Positions 1 to 14,857 are shown, counted from the stretch's first letter. The stretch is DNA of 64,000 nucleotides from Octopus vulgaris (GCA_951406725.2 OX597836.1:5952001-6016000), one strand, 5' to 3'. Program-made: numbers and translations. The notes: generated from the sequence alone by a model not told the origin.

Positions 1-734
1 TGTGTGTGTGTGTATATATGAATGTATGTATGTATATCTATCTCTCTCTCTCTCTCTTTCTCTCTTTCTCTCTCTCTCTCTCTATATATATATATACAAA
101 CATACATGAATGAAATGAATAAAATAGTCAATAATTTAAAATACAATACAGGAAGCGCACGGACGAATAGGGTGTTATTTTAACACTTGAATTAATGTCA
201 GCGTGTAAGCTCGCTCGAACCTGTGTACGTGGTATGTGCGTTCGTATATGCGTACATAGAGACAGGCAGACGTATAAAAGTACACGCGAGTGATTAATAA
301 TAGAAAGGCAGTTCTAACAACACAAATACGAACTTCTATCATGCATTCCGCTCGCACGTACGGCATTGCAAAAATACACACACATATACAAACTCAGACA
401 CACAAATACAGAGATACATAGAGCCAGTATACATATAAAGACACACGCACAAACATCACCAGAAACATTTCTGCCTAGAGGCAATTCATCAACATTTATA
501 TCGTAACTAATGGCGGCAGTGTTAAGTCGAAAAAAAGCAGCCATTTTGCGAAGGCAATGCGTGGCATACATACGTAAAGGCACTCATTCACACCCATACG
601 CATACATGCATATACACTGAATGACATGCTAACACACAAACACACACACACACACACAATAACACACACACATATATACATATATGTATGTATATATGGG
701 CATATATATATACACACACATATATATATATACG

Positions 735-812
<78 letters not shown>

Positions 813-835
813 CATATATATAAATATGTAGATAT

Positions 836-886
<51 letters not shown>

Positions 887-937
887 GCATACATGCATAA
901 ATAAACCTATATATGTACATATATACATACACACAAG

Positions 938-968
<31 letters not shown>

Positions 969-970
969 TA

Positions 971-1104
<134 letters not shown>

Positions 1105-1738
1105 GGCACACTCTTCTCTAATCAGAACCGAGCAGCTATCTGTAACACCTCTTTCTGCGGTGTCTGTTGCACACGTTTCCACTTCTGTTGCCATTACTTT
1201 CCGCACAAGTTTTGCTTCTAATGATAATTATGTTGTTTACCCACACGGCGTGTTTTAGTGACGTCATCAATACGTCTTGCATTGCGTGTACAATTTCGTC
1301 TTGCGTGAACTCGCAATGTGCTGATTGCGTTGCGTGGGTGTTTATACCTGCATATATTTAGAAGCTGAAATGGAAAGCTATTAGTGATCATCTATCTATA
1401 CACACGAACGCAAGACACTCACACGCAAACAGGCACAGACACACAGACACACAGACACACACACAATCACACACATAAATACACTCACGAATATATGTTG
1501 GGCAATTTAGAATTTAAATTGCGCCAGTGATAGCCGATGTTTAGAAATCCGTTTGATTTGACGTTCGCTTTATTGTATGTTTATCATTTGTTGTGAATCT
1601 GGGGTATGGTTGTTTCACAGACTTCATGTGGGAAATCAAACAAAATATGAGAGACAGTTTAGAATATACTTTGTTACAACGTGCGTTACATTAAAACCTC
1701 GATTTAATGAAACATGTGTAAGATGCTGTGACTTGGTA

Positions 1739-1807
<69 letters not shown>

Positions 1808-1846
1808 TAGATAGATAGGGAGAAATAAAGAGAGGTAGACATACAT

Positions 1847-1903
<57 letters not shown>

Positions 1904-1920
1904 AATACACACACACACCA

Positions 1921-2104
1921 TGATATATCGCTAACCACAACACACATTCTTTTCTCTTCCTGTTTCTTTCTGTGTTCCTTTCTGTGGTAGAGCGTAGGCT
2001 CGAAACGTTAAAGACTTTTTCAACTCCCGAGAGTTATACTAATATATCTGTTTGTTTTCTACACCACCTGTTTTCGCCTTTTGTTGTTCTTTTTTGTGAG
2101 TTCT

Positions 2105-2107
<3 letters not shown>
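1921..2107 (+). mobile_element. Short non-autonomous HHR-bearing element (family D, Penelope-like terminus), in (TA)n
   Basis: Homologous to 30020-30330(-) and 48959-49085(-), sharing ctgtNga-agagcgtaggctcgaaacgtNaaagac...tactaata...acaccacctg...; flanked by TA/CA microsatellite. Confidence 0.7.
1978..2013 (+). ncRNA. Minimal type-I hammerhead-like motif (degenerate core)
   Basis: cttt-CTGTGGT-A-GAGC-gtag-GCTC-GAAA-C-GTT-aaag: stem I cttt/aaag, stem II GAGC/GCTC; core A6 and A9 positions altered. Confidence 0.5.
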
Positions 2108-2156
<49 letters not shown>

Positions 2157-2190
2157 TAAGGGTGGAAAGGAACACACGAGTTGATATATA

Positions 2191-2291
2191 TGAAAAAACA
2201 AGTCAAAAATAGAAAATGCTAAGATGATTTTATAGTGAATCTTTCACTATAAAATCATCTTAGCATTTTCTATTTTTGACTTGTTTTTTCA
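2191..2291. repeat. Perfect 49-bp inverted repeat with 3-nt loop, embedded in (TA)n
   Basis: 2191-2239 is the exact reverse complement of 2243-2291; loop tct. Confidence 0.95.
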
Positions 2292-2971
2292 TATATATAT
2301 ATATATATTGGATATATGAGAAATTTTACATTATGCAAAAAACTGATTTCCTAAGGTGAGAACTTCTCAAAGAAAAGGATGCGTTGCCGGTTGGCTCGAC
2401 CGCCCAAAATGTGTTTCAATCTGTTGACTCGAAAATCTCTGTCCCTCACATGATTCCGTTGAACAGCAGTCAGAGCTTCAAATTATAAGCAGGAGAAACC
2501 AATTTTTAGATCCCCTTGCTTGTCTATAATATTTGAGCTTATGCTGAATGAACTAATACCAAAGATTCAAGCCAGGGAGCTTTGGAGAGATCTGAGAGCA
2601 GCGGAGAGAATGCGTAAACAGCACGATGGGCACGACGTCAATAAACAAATGTAGGGGAATGATTGGAGCATCATGCAATCTCACAGCTTTAGATTATCGA
2701 GGTGACCTGTGATAGAATTTTAAGGCAATTTTCATAAATGCTTGGCATGGTTTTTTGTCTGCTCGTGTCATAAGCATATTCCTCTGCATTGGAATAATAT
2801 CGTTAAACCATAATATGGCAACCAAACCTCACTCAATTCCCTCGTTGCCTTCTTTGATAAACACATTTCTTCAATAATCTACAGCAACAGACGGAACACG
2901 ATGGTCATTTAGAGTTTAAAGAACTTCTAGTTATGACCAAGTCTCACACATCAACGTTGTTTTAATCGTCG

Positions 2972-3255
<284 letters not shown>

Positions 3256-3499
3256 TTTTCCTAAATATTCCCCTTCGATTACTTCTAATACGTTTATTTT
3301 TCTTCTCTCCTTCTCTTCCGTTTATTCAACTTCTTCATTTCTCCTTCTTCTTATAGCTCTTCTTTCTTCCTTCCTTTCTTTCTTTCTTTCTTGCTTTCTT
3401 TGTTTTTATTTCTTTCAACTTTCCTCCTTCAACTTCCGTCATATTGACATCATTCATATTCTCAGACCGGCAGCGAAACGATAACTACACGCCATCGCC

Positions 3500-3598
3500 A
3501 TTATCAACATCAACACCACCACCACCACCACCAACACCCCCACCACCACCCCCACCACCACCACCACCACAACCATCAACACCACCACCACCACCACC

Positions 3599-3630
<32 letters not shown>

Positions 3631-3643
3631 CAACAACAACAAC
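3500..3643. repeat. (CCA)n/(CAA)n microsatellite
   Basis: Direct inspection. Confidence 0.95.
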
Positions 3644-4096
3644 CCCCATCCAGAGCGATACATATAAATAACCAATGCATTTTGCCCCGTTTTTATATTT
3701 CCACACTTCCGCTGCTTCGCCGCATCTCTCTGCATCGGTTTTCATCATCGTCTTTCCGCCAACCACCTCGCTTCTCGTTCCCTCAACGCATTGCCATACA
3801 CCAGCTTACCATACAAAACTGCCCGCCTAATCTGGTCGTTTTCGGCTTCCTTCTCTGCATCGCTGTCGGCCTCTCTCATTCGTTCTCTCGCTTTGTCTCT
3901 ATCGTCTGTTTTCTTGTTCACAACGCGTGACGAACTTGCACTGCTCGTCCTGCTCATGTTTTTGACGTCATCACTTCGACATGACGTCATATGTGTTGTT
4001 CCATTTTACGCTGACCTGTTTATGAATGCATCCATAAATGTGTGCGTAAGCGTAGAAACACTCACACCCACACACACTCATACACACAGAGGGATC

Positions 4097-4110
4097 GACA
4101 GACAGACACT

Positions 4111-4180
<70 letters not shown>

Positions 4181-4197
4181 CAGAAGGACAGATAGAC

Positions 4198-4232
<35 letters not shown>

Positions 4233-4298
4233 CAGAAGGACACATAGACAGATAGATAGATAGATAGATAGAGAGATAGATAGATAGACAGAGAGGCC

Positions 4299-4342
<44 letters not shown>

Positions 4343-4353
4343 TGGGATGACCC

Positions 4354-4430
<77 letters not shown>
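4097..4430. repeat. (GATA)n followed by (TA)n
   Basis: Direct inspection. Confidence 0.95.
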
Positions 4431-4435
<5 letters not shown>

Positions 4436-4454
4436 TGGACATTATTGATATGTA

Positions 4455-4706
4455 TTGAGATGGTGCATATTTATTGCGGATATGTTTCAACAAATTTTAT
4501 TCAACAAAAACAATAACAATACGTAACAAAATCATCTTTAAATGATTATTCCGGCGCATATTCACCGTCTACTTCAATTACTATTTTCCATTTGCTTGGC
4601 AGACGGTCAGACCGTCTTTTAAAGGTGTTTTCTTTAATAATTGTTATTGTTTTTGCTGAATAAACTTTGGTGAAAAAATGCCGCAACAATTATGCACCAA
4701 CCCTAT
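4455..4706. mobile_element. Mariner-type MITE with long imperfect TIRs
   Basis: Left end gatggtgcatatttattgcgg...ttattcaacaaaaacaataacaat mirrors right end attgttattgtttttgctgaataa...ccgcaacaattatgcaccaaccc; terminus resembles mariner TIRs (ggttggtgcataa), TA flank. Confidence 0.6.
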
Positions 4707-5585
4707 ATGTATGAGTGCAAATATTTATGAAATTAGCTCTCTTTGGATCGATCCCCTCACCACTCGTGAGAGGCAGGCTGTATATTATTGGAACCAGTTT
4801 GGTAGCTTATATTAAACACTTAATATACATCCTCATTAACATTTGCTATTAGTTTTACAGAAAGAGATTTCAAGAACTATTTTATTTTCCACGTCTTCTA
4901 ATTTGCATCTTCCGAATAAATCGATGGTTACCTTACTTTGTTATTTTTATAATTTCATCACCATCATTGTTCGACTGTGGTCGAGACAATGGAATTTACC
5001 ATGCTACGCCAGACTTCACGGTCCATCATGGTATTACGGAGGTCCTGTTGCTGGATGAGCATCGCAAATCACGGGAACTATAATATCCGTGATGAATTCA
5101 CATTCGCATGATCATAATTTTTATTTTACCATAACTCAACGTTACTTTGAGCTGCTCGTATCAATTGTTACGAAAGAGCTGTGTCTGTTTTCCTTCTGTA
5201 AGGGTTTGCTTTGTATTATTGCGATATTTCCGGTGCTAAATCTACACAATTTCGGAATTTTAGATAGCATTCTTTCCTTATCAGTCAACCTATTTCATTA
5301 TCGAATTGTTCTAGTTTTTTCGTATTGCTGTGTACTCTAAATGCTCTAAGCACTATTGTGTACAAGCAACCGGTCAGGAAACATCATACTGATGCGCCAA
5401 TTAATAAAAAGAAAACACGATGCGGCAGTGGGTGTGGTGAGAAGCTTGCTTCCCAACCACATGAGTCTGGTTTCAATCGCACTGTGACACACTTAGGGCA
5501 AAAGCCAGCACTAGAGCCACGGTTCGACCAAAGCCTTATGAGTGGATTTGGTCAACGGAAACTGAAACAAGCCCGTCATATATGC

Positions 5586-5640
<55 letters not shown>

Positions 5641-5641
<1 letters not shown>

Positions 5642-5867
5642 GGCGGCGAGCTGGCAGAACCGTTAGCACGCCGGGCGAAATTTGTAGCCGTATTTCGTCT
5701 GCCGTTACGTTCCGAGTTCAAATTCCGCCGAGGTCGATTTTGCCTTTCATCCTTTCGGGGTCGATAAATTAAGTACCAGTTACGCACTGGGGTCGATGTA
5801 ATTGACTTCATCCCTTTGTCTGTCCTTGTTTGTCCCCTCTGTGTTTAGCCCCTTGTGGGTAGTAAAG

Positions 5868-5872
<5 letters not shown>
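5641..5872 (+). mobile_element. tRNA-derived SINE family A, full length
   Basis: ggcggcgagctggcagaa (A-box-like)...gagttcaaattcc (B box), central gcctttcatcctttcggggtcgataaattaagtacc (resembles the Meta-SINE domain, from recall), tail ...gtgggtagtaaagaaata; many copies in window. Confidence 0.9.
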
Positions 5873-5915
<43 letters not shown>

Positions 5916-5921
<6 letters not shown>

Positions 5922-5973
5922 TATATAGAAGGAGCTTCTACAGTCCTGTAGAAGCTCCTTCTATATAATAAAT
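5916..5973. repeat. Perfect 28-bp inverted repeat with 2-nt loop in (TA)n
   Basis: atttattatatagaaggagcttctacag-tc-ctgtagaagctccttctatataataaat. Confidence 0.9.
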
Positions 5974-6038
5974 TAATTTACTCTGCTATGTATTGAGTAC
6001 CTTATTTACTGTGGTTAACCCCGACTCAACCCGGGACC

Positions 6039-6107
<69 letters not shown>

Positions 6108-6477
6108 AGGTCTGTGTGTTTCTGTCTCTTTGTCCCCCGCCACCGTTTAGTGTGCTTACGTCCTCGCAACCTAGCGGTTCGGCCAAAGAGACCGATAGCA
6201 TAAGTACCAAGCATAAAAAAATACCTTTTAAGGTAGTGGGGTCGATTCGTTCTAATGACTGAAACAAGTAAATGAATAAAAGAATAAAAGTATAAAAGAA
6301 TATAAAACTGAACGCTTACAGGTTTCCACCGAACCACAAACTACCAATATATCGACTTTGCAAAAACACTATTTACCAAAACAAAGCACCGAAAAAATTC
6401 TTCAACTCGAATCTTCGAAACCTAAAATCAAATAAATGTATTTCAGATAACCAAAATATCATTTACATTCATATAGA

Positions 6478-6790
6478 TTAATCACTCGCCATATCGCCGT
6501 ATACCTATCGCGTCCTCAGTATATCGCGGTTTTTTCTAGCTAATATACGAAAATTAATATCGCGGAGTCTTCAGTATATCGCGGGTTTCTACGGCCGATA
6601 AGTATTTATATTTTTTCAGATTTTAATTATTTCCGTGGTAAAATAATCATTACTGCGCTGTATAACACATTAATTAAAATATTTTAAAAGGAAATATGTA
6701 GTGTACCGTAGAGGAATACACAAAGAATAGCACTTACTGTATAGAAAATGAAACTCGGGAGGCGAATGTGGGGGGGTTTGCATTGCATTT
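6478..6790. mobile_element. Decayed pogo/Tigger-like MITE
   Basis: Repeated subterminal tatcgcgg motifs (ctcgccatatcgccg, tatcgcgtc, tatatcgcggtt, tatcgcggag); termini degraded. Confidence 0.35.
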
Positions 6791-6814
6791 GTGTGTAAAA
6801 CCTAAAACTCATAC

Positions 6815-6869
<55 letters not shown>

Positions 6870-6878
6870 TATATATAT

Positions 6879-7311
<433 letters not shown>

Positions 7312-8050
7312 ATCTGTCTGTCTGTGTGCGTGTGAGAATGTTCTTGTACTTTATAGTGAGACATTGCGGAATGTTATAATATTGGAATAGGCATGTAATA
7401 CAAAGAGTAAGCTCTCTCTGTGTACCACGTTGTTTCTGCCTGCAGAATACGCAAATGATGTTTGTGTTGGTCTCATTTGCTGACACGAACAAGACTAAGA
7501 CACTTCGTTTAATTAAATCAGTGCACCGTTCTTCGTCGAAACTGACGGAGATCCTCGCAGTCACAGCTGGATGCCTGTTAGCAGGATATATCAGATAGGT
7601 ATGTGTCGTCAACTAGAATATATATATATCGATTAACTGTCAACAAAACGGAAGCATTCAAGCCACAGTAACTAAAGTCAATGGAGGACGATATTTGACA
7701 GTTGTTGATCATGTGAATGTCACGTGGACGTCATGTGACAGATGCTAGTCCGTAGCCTCGATATTCGTTGACCTTTGTTTTTTTTTTATTTCATTTTTTA
7801 TATATTTCCTTTTTATATATTTATATATATATATGTATACATCTTTTGGCATTTGTGTTCTATATAAAGGTTTGATATATTTGTAACGGTTTCTACTCGG
7901 GCTTTCACTTTTCTTTTGCTTTTTTTGTCTTTACTACATTTTGTGCCGTTTCTGTACTTTTATCTTTGATAACATCTATACTTAACATGTCATCACACTG
8001 CATTTGTGGCATCTTCGTGATGACCTCACTCTCCCTCTCAAAACGCCATT

Positions 8051-8700
<650 letters not shown>

Positions 8701-9365
8701 TTTGTCTATACTCTTATTTATCTACCTCTCAACATATCTATCTATAAATCTATCTATCTGCCTGTCTGTCTTTCTACCTATTTATCTGTCAATCAGTTTG
8801 TTTGCTCGTTTGTCTATATATATATACGTCTATCTATGTACCATTGATATTTACCAAGCTATCTCTCTATCTCTCTATCTATATAATATCTTTAAAAGTA
8901 AAATAACTTCACTTAGATTGCCATTGTGATGCGGACACTATAAATATTTCTGACAATATCCTACTTCATTTAAGAGAAATGTTAGGTGCATTATTTCTAT
9001 TATTTACAATGCACGTGCCTAAATTTTATTTTCCGAAGAAAGACTTTCTCCCAAACGTCAGGACGCTTTCTCATAATGTCGCACCGACGGAAGCGATTTT
9101 ACCTTTAATATCAATAAATACAATTTTTATTCGAGGCACACATCTACCCGTTTCATTAGATTCTGTTTACTTAAAGCTATATATGTATATGTTTCTCAAT
9201 CGGTTTATGTCTCTCCGCTTCTCACTAACTCTCTCTCGCTCCTTTCCCACTCTCTCTCCTTCCCCTCTCTCCCTCCCTCATTCTTTCTATCTCCCCTCTC
9301 CCCCTTTCTCTCATTCTAAACATATATTCATGTCTATCACTATATCTGTGTATGTATGTGTGTGA

Positions 9366-9417
<52 letters not shown>

Positions 9418-10586
9418 ATATATATATATATATATATATACCCTCTTATATTTGTATGTGTGCATATATATGCACCTATCCATCCATAGTATCTACAAAC
9501 ATGCATACGTTTATTTTTATATATATATATATATATACACACACATTCTATATATATATGTGTGTGTGTGCGTGTGTATATGTGTGTGCGTGTGTTGATG
9601 CATATATATGTGTGTGTGTATATATATATATGCTTGCACGCGTGTAGCATGTATGCATATCTATGTACGCTTCTAACTATCTGTCTGACTGTCAGTCGGA
9701 TCGTCTGCATGTCCGTCGGACTGTCCGTCTGTCTGTCTGTCTGTCTGTCTGTATGTATGTATGTATGTATGTATGTATGTATATTTATAGTAAACGTGCC
9801 ACATAGCGGCAATGCCGAAGTTTTGCGATGCCGGTTTTATGAGATTTTTTTTCTTGTGTAGTAAAGAATTTTTTTTTCATTCCTAAATACATTTATTACA
9901 CAAATCAACACGGTGTACAATAAACAAACAAAAAAAAAGCATCCAGACGAACTGACTATAATGAACACCACTTTATTTGCTGCTAAATGCACAGTTATCA
10001 ATTTTAGTCAATAAAAATAAAAGAAATTAACAAAAAAATTAAGAAACTAACAAAAAAAAAACAACATTTTCAAGATGGCGGAAGCGAACGTAAACAAAAT
10101 ACGTGCTGCCAGCAGTTTTCTTTCCTGTTCGCCAATTTTTAAAAGTGTCGTTATATTTGGTTTTCCGTTTTCCTAGATTCCGTTATTTCGGATGTTTCCT
10201 CTATCTTTCTATCTGTCTATCGATCTATCGATCTCTAAATACGACATATAAGTGCTCCGAATCTCGTAGGCGTTTCTGCAACGGGTCTTTTTTTTTTTTT
10301 TTCGCTGTTTCCCCCCCTCTCTCTCCTTCTCTCTTTTCCTTTTCTTTCTTTCTCTCTTTCTTTCTCTCTTTCTCTTTCTCTCTCTTGTGTCATATTTGTA
10401 AAATGTATGATTTAATTTAAACTTTTGTCATAAGGTCTTTATCGTTTCTATGATTTGATACGCACACACACAAAAACACACACACACACTCATACACACA
10501 TATATATACACATGAATACATACATGTATACGAATATATATGTGTGTATATTTATATACATATGGGTGTATACACAATATATATCC

Positions 10587-10665
<79 letters not shown>

Positions 10666-10696
10666 TCTCTCTCTCTCTGTATATATATATATCAAT

Positions 10697-10740
<44 letters not shown>

Positions 10741-10745
<5 letters not shown>

Positions 10746-11003
10746 TGTGATAACCGTGACCGACCAGGCTATCAGATGTTGCTACACATCGCTGGTCACA
10801 ATGCGTTTCGCATTGTTTTAGGCTTCAAATGACACCCCTCACCATTGGCTAAGCGAACAGGCCAACAGAAGAAAGAGTGAGAAAACGTGGCGAAAAAGTA
10901 CAGCAGGGATCGCCACCTCCTTGATGGACCCTCGTGGAGCTTTAGATGTTTTCGCTCAATAAACATACAGAACGCCCGGTCTGGAAATCGAAACCGTGAT
11001 CCT
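10741..11003 (-). mobile_element. SINE family C2 (possibly octopus OR2), 5'-clipped
   Basis: Reverse complement shares B-box region and body (gtttattgagcgaaaaca..taaagctccacgagg...gatccctgctgtact) with 23421-23800, then a distinct tail ending ggtcggtcacggt.atcac.gtgat. Confidence 0.8.
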
Positions 11004-11852
11004 ACATATATATGAATATATATATTGTCAAGCTATAAACCATTCTCCTGTAGGAACAAAGCGTGGAATATTGAGAAGTGGTAGGAGGTTTCATCGACAC
11101 CAGTGCTTATCTTGTACTCGTTCTACCGACCCCAAAACGATGAAAGAGAAGGTCGGCCTCGCCGAAATTTGTACTCGGAACTTAAAGCAAGAAAAAAAAA
11201 AAGCATCGAGTTATAAAAAAAAAAACAACAGAAAAGTAGTTAATATTCAAGAGAGGAACTAATTTCGTTTAAATTTACAAGAAACAGGGTGAACGTTACT
11301 TCAAAGGTTCGGTTTGATAGCCTTCCTACAACGATGCTCCTATTTGACCTGATATATACATAACAGTGAAATTTCTTTCAAATAACGACATACTATAATT
11401 CTAAAAAAGAAAAAAAAAAGACCAAAAAAAAAACAACCAAGTAAGTAAGAAACATGAGGCATCTATCAAAGATCAGTTTGAAAGCTTTCACATCTGACAC
11501 AGAAGTGCTGGAAAGGTCGAAGCGCGCCTTATCAATTGTCAGCTTAGCAAAGCAATTACTTTCTGGTGAATTAGTTCTCGGTATGCGTCTCCAACACCAA
11601 CGAAAACAATAGATTCCATCATGTGATAAAAGATGGCTTTAAGTCTTTGAACGTTAGTACAGTTAATTGGGGGATATTTCGCACTGAACATAAGCGAATG
11701 GCGGTTTGTAACCGATTTTTGATATGTGTTTTTATGTATAACATTCTGTTGTTTAAAATTACCTTATTTCGGGTGTAAAGCTCAATTCTCTCTCTCTCTC
11801 TATCTATCTATCTACTTGTCTGTCTGCCTGTCCGTCTGTCCGTCTATATATC

Positions 11853-12085
11853 TATTTTCTTTACTACCCACGAGGGGCTACACACAAAGGGGACAAACAA
11901 GGACAGACAAACGGATTAAGTCGATTATATCGACCCCAGTGCGTAACTGGTACTTATTTAATCGACCCCGAAAGGATGAAAGGCAAAGTCGACCTCGGCG
12001 GAATTTGAACTCAGAACGTAGCGGCAGACGAAATACCGCTAAGCATTTCGCCCGGCGTGCTAACGTTTCTGCCAGCTCGCCGCCT
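11853..12085 (-). mobile_element. SINE family A, full length
   Basis: Near-identical reverse complement of 5641-5872. Confidence 0.9.
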
Positions 12086-12394
12086 ATATATCTGCCTGTT
12101 TGTGTATCTCTTCTTCATCTGTCTTTTTATATGCCTGTCTGTCTGTTTGCCTGTCTAGCTAGCTAGCTATTTATCTGTCTTTCTGCTTGTCTGTCTATCC
12201 GTCTATCTACTTATCTATCTATCTACCTACCTACCTACCTACGTATTTATCTATACACGTACTTATCAATATATGTAGATACTTATCCGCTTACCTACTT
12301 TTTTGAACTCCTCGTGTATCTGTCTAACCATTGCTCTATCATCTATCTACCTATCTATCTATCCATCTATCTATCTATCTATTTATCTGTCAAA

Positions 12395-12441
<47 letters not shown>

Positions 12442-12453
12442 CCTATCTATCTC

Positions 12454-12513
<60 letters not shown>

Positions 12514-12518
12514 GTCTG

Positions 12519-12579
<61 letters not shown>

Positions 12580-13107
12580 ATTTATATGTATCTAAATAGC
12601 CCTATCTCTCAATCTCTGAACTCTGTCTTATCATTGTCCCTACCTACCTAAATACCTATCTATGGTTATACGGTCCCTAAGAGCGATGACACTTGAAGTT
12701 ATTTCTATGAATCTTTTCAGTTACGTCGTATTCCTTAACATATAGTCTCATTTAAAGCGTTGGTATAAATTCTTACCCGCATTGTAGAGAGATATTTTGA
12801 CGAAGCGCTAAGTCACGAAGACAAACTCACCAACACCGGTATGTAATTTTTCAAACAACAGTTATTTTAGTGCTGTTGAGACCGCCGGTTTGAATGGTAC
12901 TGCGCAGGTGTCGAAACTATAATGATATCCGTTGGGCAGCTGATGATGGAGGTATGTTGGATTGTTGGTATGGCTGTTATGCTCTGTACGGAATAGTTTC
13001 ACAAAACATTCATTCGGTATATATATGTGTGTGTGTGCGTGTGTGTGTGTATGTGTGTGTGTGTCTGTCTCTGTATATGTGTATGTGTATTTGTGTGTAT
13101 TATGAAA

Positions 13108-13357
13108 TTCTTTCAGTTCCGCCAACCAAATCCACTCACACGGCTTTGTGTCTGTGTTTGTCCCCCACCACCGCCCGACAACCGGTGTTGGTATGTTCAC
13201 GTCCCTGTAACCTAGCAGTTCAGCAAAATAAGACAATAGAAAAAGTAGCAGGCTTTAATAATAAGTCCTGGTGTCGTTTCGGCCAACTAAAACACTTCAA
13301 GGCGGTGCCCCAGCATGACCGCAATCAAAAGTGAGTGGGACAGGTAAAAGATAAAAG
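13108..13357 (+). mobile_element. SINE family B 3' half with an inverted 5' fragment
   Basis: 13108-13148 is antisense body (ttctttcagttcc..ccaaatccactcac.cggctttg), joined to the sense 3' half. Confidence 0.8.
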
Positions 13358-13359
13358 TG

Positions 13360-13827
<468 letters not shown>

Positions 13828-14401
13828 ATGGAGGGAGAGGTAGACAAACAGATAGAGAGATATATAGTTGATAGATAGATGTATTTATGTATGTATGTAT
13901 ATGTTGTGTTTGTGTATATGCAAATGTGTATGGTCATATGTAAATATATATGTACGTGTGTGTATGCGCTCGTATATATACCTATACACACACACAGACA
14001 CACTGACACACAGATACACACTCACTCATTCACCACACACGTTTTATTCTATTACATTTCTTTCAAGTTCGTTTCATTTTACTGAAAAATCTATTTTATT
14101 TTTCACTATTTCGTAAAATATTTTTCTGGTTGCAACAATGTCTATGCATGCGTTCAACATTGGTCTTTAATTACAAGCAACATTTACAGCGCCAACTTTT
14201 CCGCCATTTTGGTTTTTCGGTTTATGTACTTATGTCACAATATTATGTTATATATTTACTGTTTGTGGTACTCTACTGTACTTCCGACTTCACACCCTTT
14301 CCACCTCTACTGCTTTACATTCCTTCCTTTTCCCCCGTCTTCTTCCCCTTCTATTCATTGTTATTATTATTATTTTATTTTTATTATTATCATTATCATT
14401 A

Positions 14402-14460
<59 letters not shown>

Positions 14461-14489
14461 GTTATTATTATTATTATTATTATTGTCAT

Positions 14490-14852
14490 TATTTCGCCCG
14501 TCTTTATGTTCTCAGTTCAAATTCTGCCGAGGTCGACATTGCGCTTCACCCTTTTATGGTCAATAAATTAAGAACCGGTAAAACCTGGGGTCGAAATAAT
14601 CGACTCATCCCCTCGCCCAAAGGACTTCCCTTGCAGCAAATTTGAAACCATCATAATTATTGGTGGTGGTGGTGATTGTGTTGTTGTTGTTGTAGTTAGA
14701 GCTGGGGGAATATTTAGCACGCCGGGCAAAATGCTTAACAGCATTTCGTCCGCTTGTACGTTCTGAGTTCAAAATGCCTCCGAATTCGTCTTTGCTTTTC
14801 ATCCACTGGGGTCGATGTCATCCACTAGGCCTTGTGCATTTAGCAGAAAGGA
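14490..14852 (+). mobile_element. Two diverged SINE family A copies (about 14490-14650 and 14699-14852) with alternative tails
   Basis: B box gttcaaat, ctggggtcga module; tails aaatttgaaacc and ggccttgtgcatttagcagaaagg. Confidence 0.7.
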
Positions 14853-14857
14853 TACAC

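Larger units (their letters stand above)
5421..6300 (+). mobile_element. tRNA-derived SINE family B (about 410 bp, possibly octopus OK family), interrupted by nested inserts
   Basis: Head ...gtgtggtgagaagcttgcttcccaaccac, body ccaaagccttatgagtggatttgg..cggaaactgaaa, internal TA/TG microsatellite; 3' half resumes near 6090 and ends atgactgaaacaagtaaa. Confidence 0.85.

Noticed and set aside
12940-12950. CTGATGA heptamer (also at about 37648)
   Set aside because: No stem II followed by GAAA downstream, so not a hammerhead.
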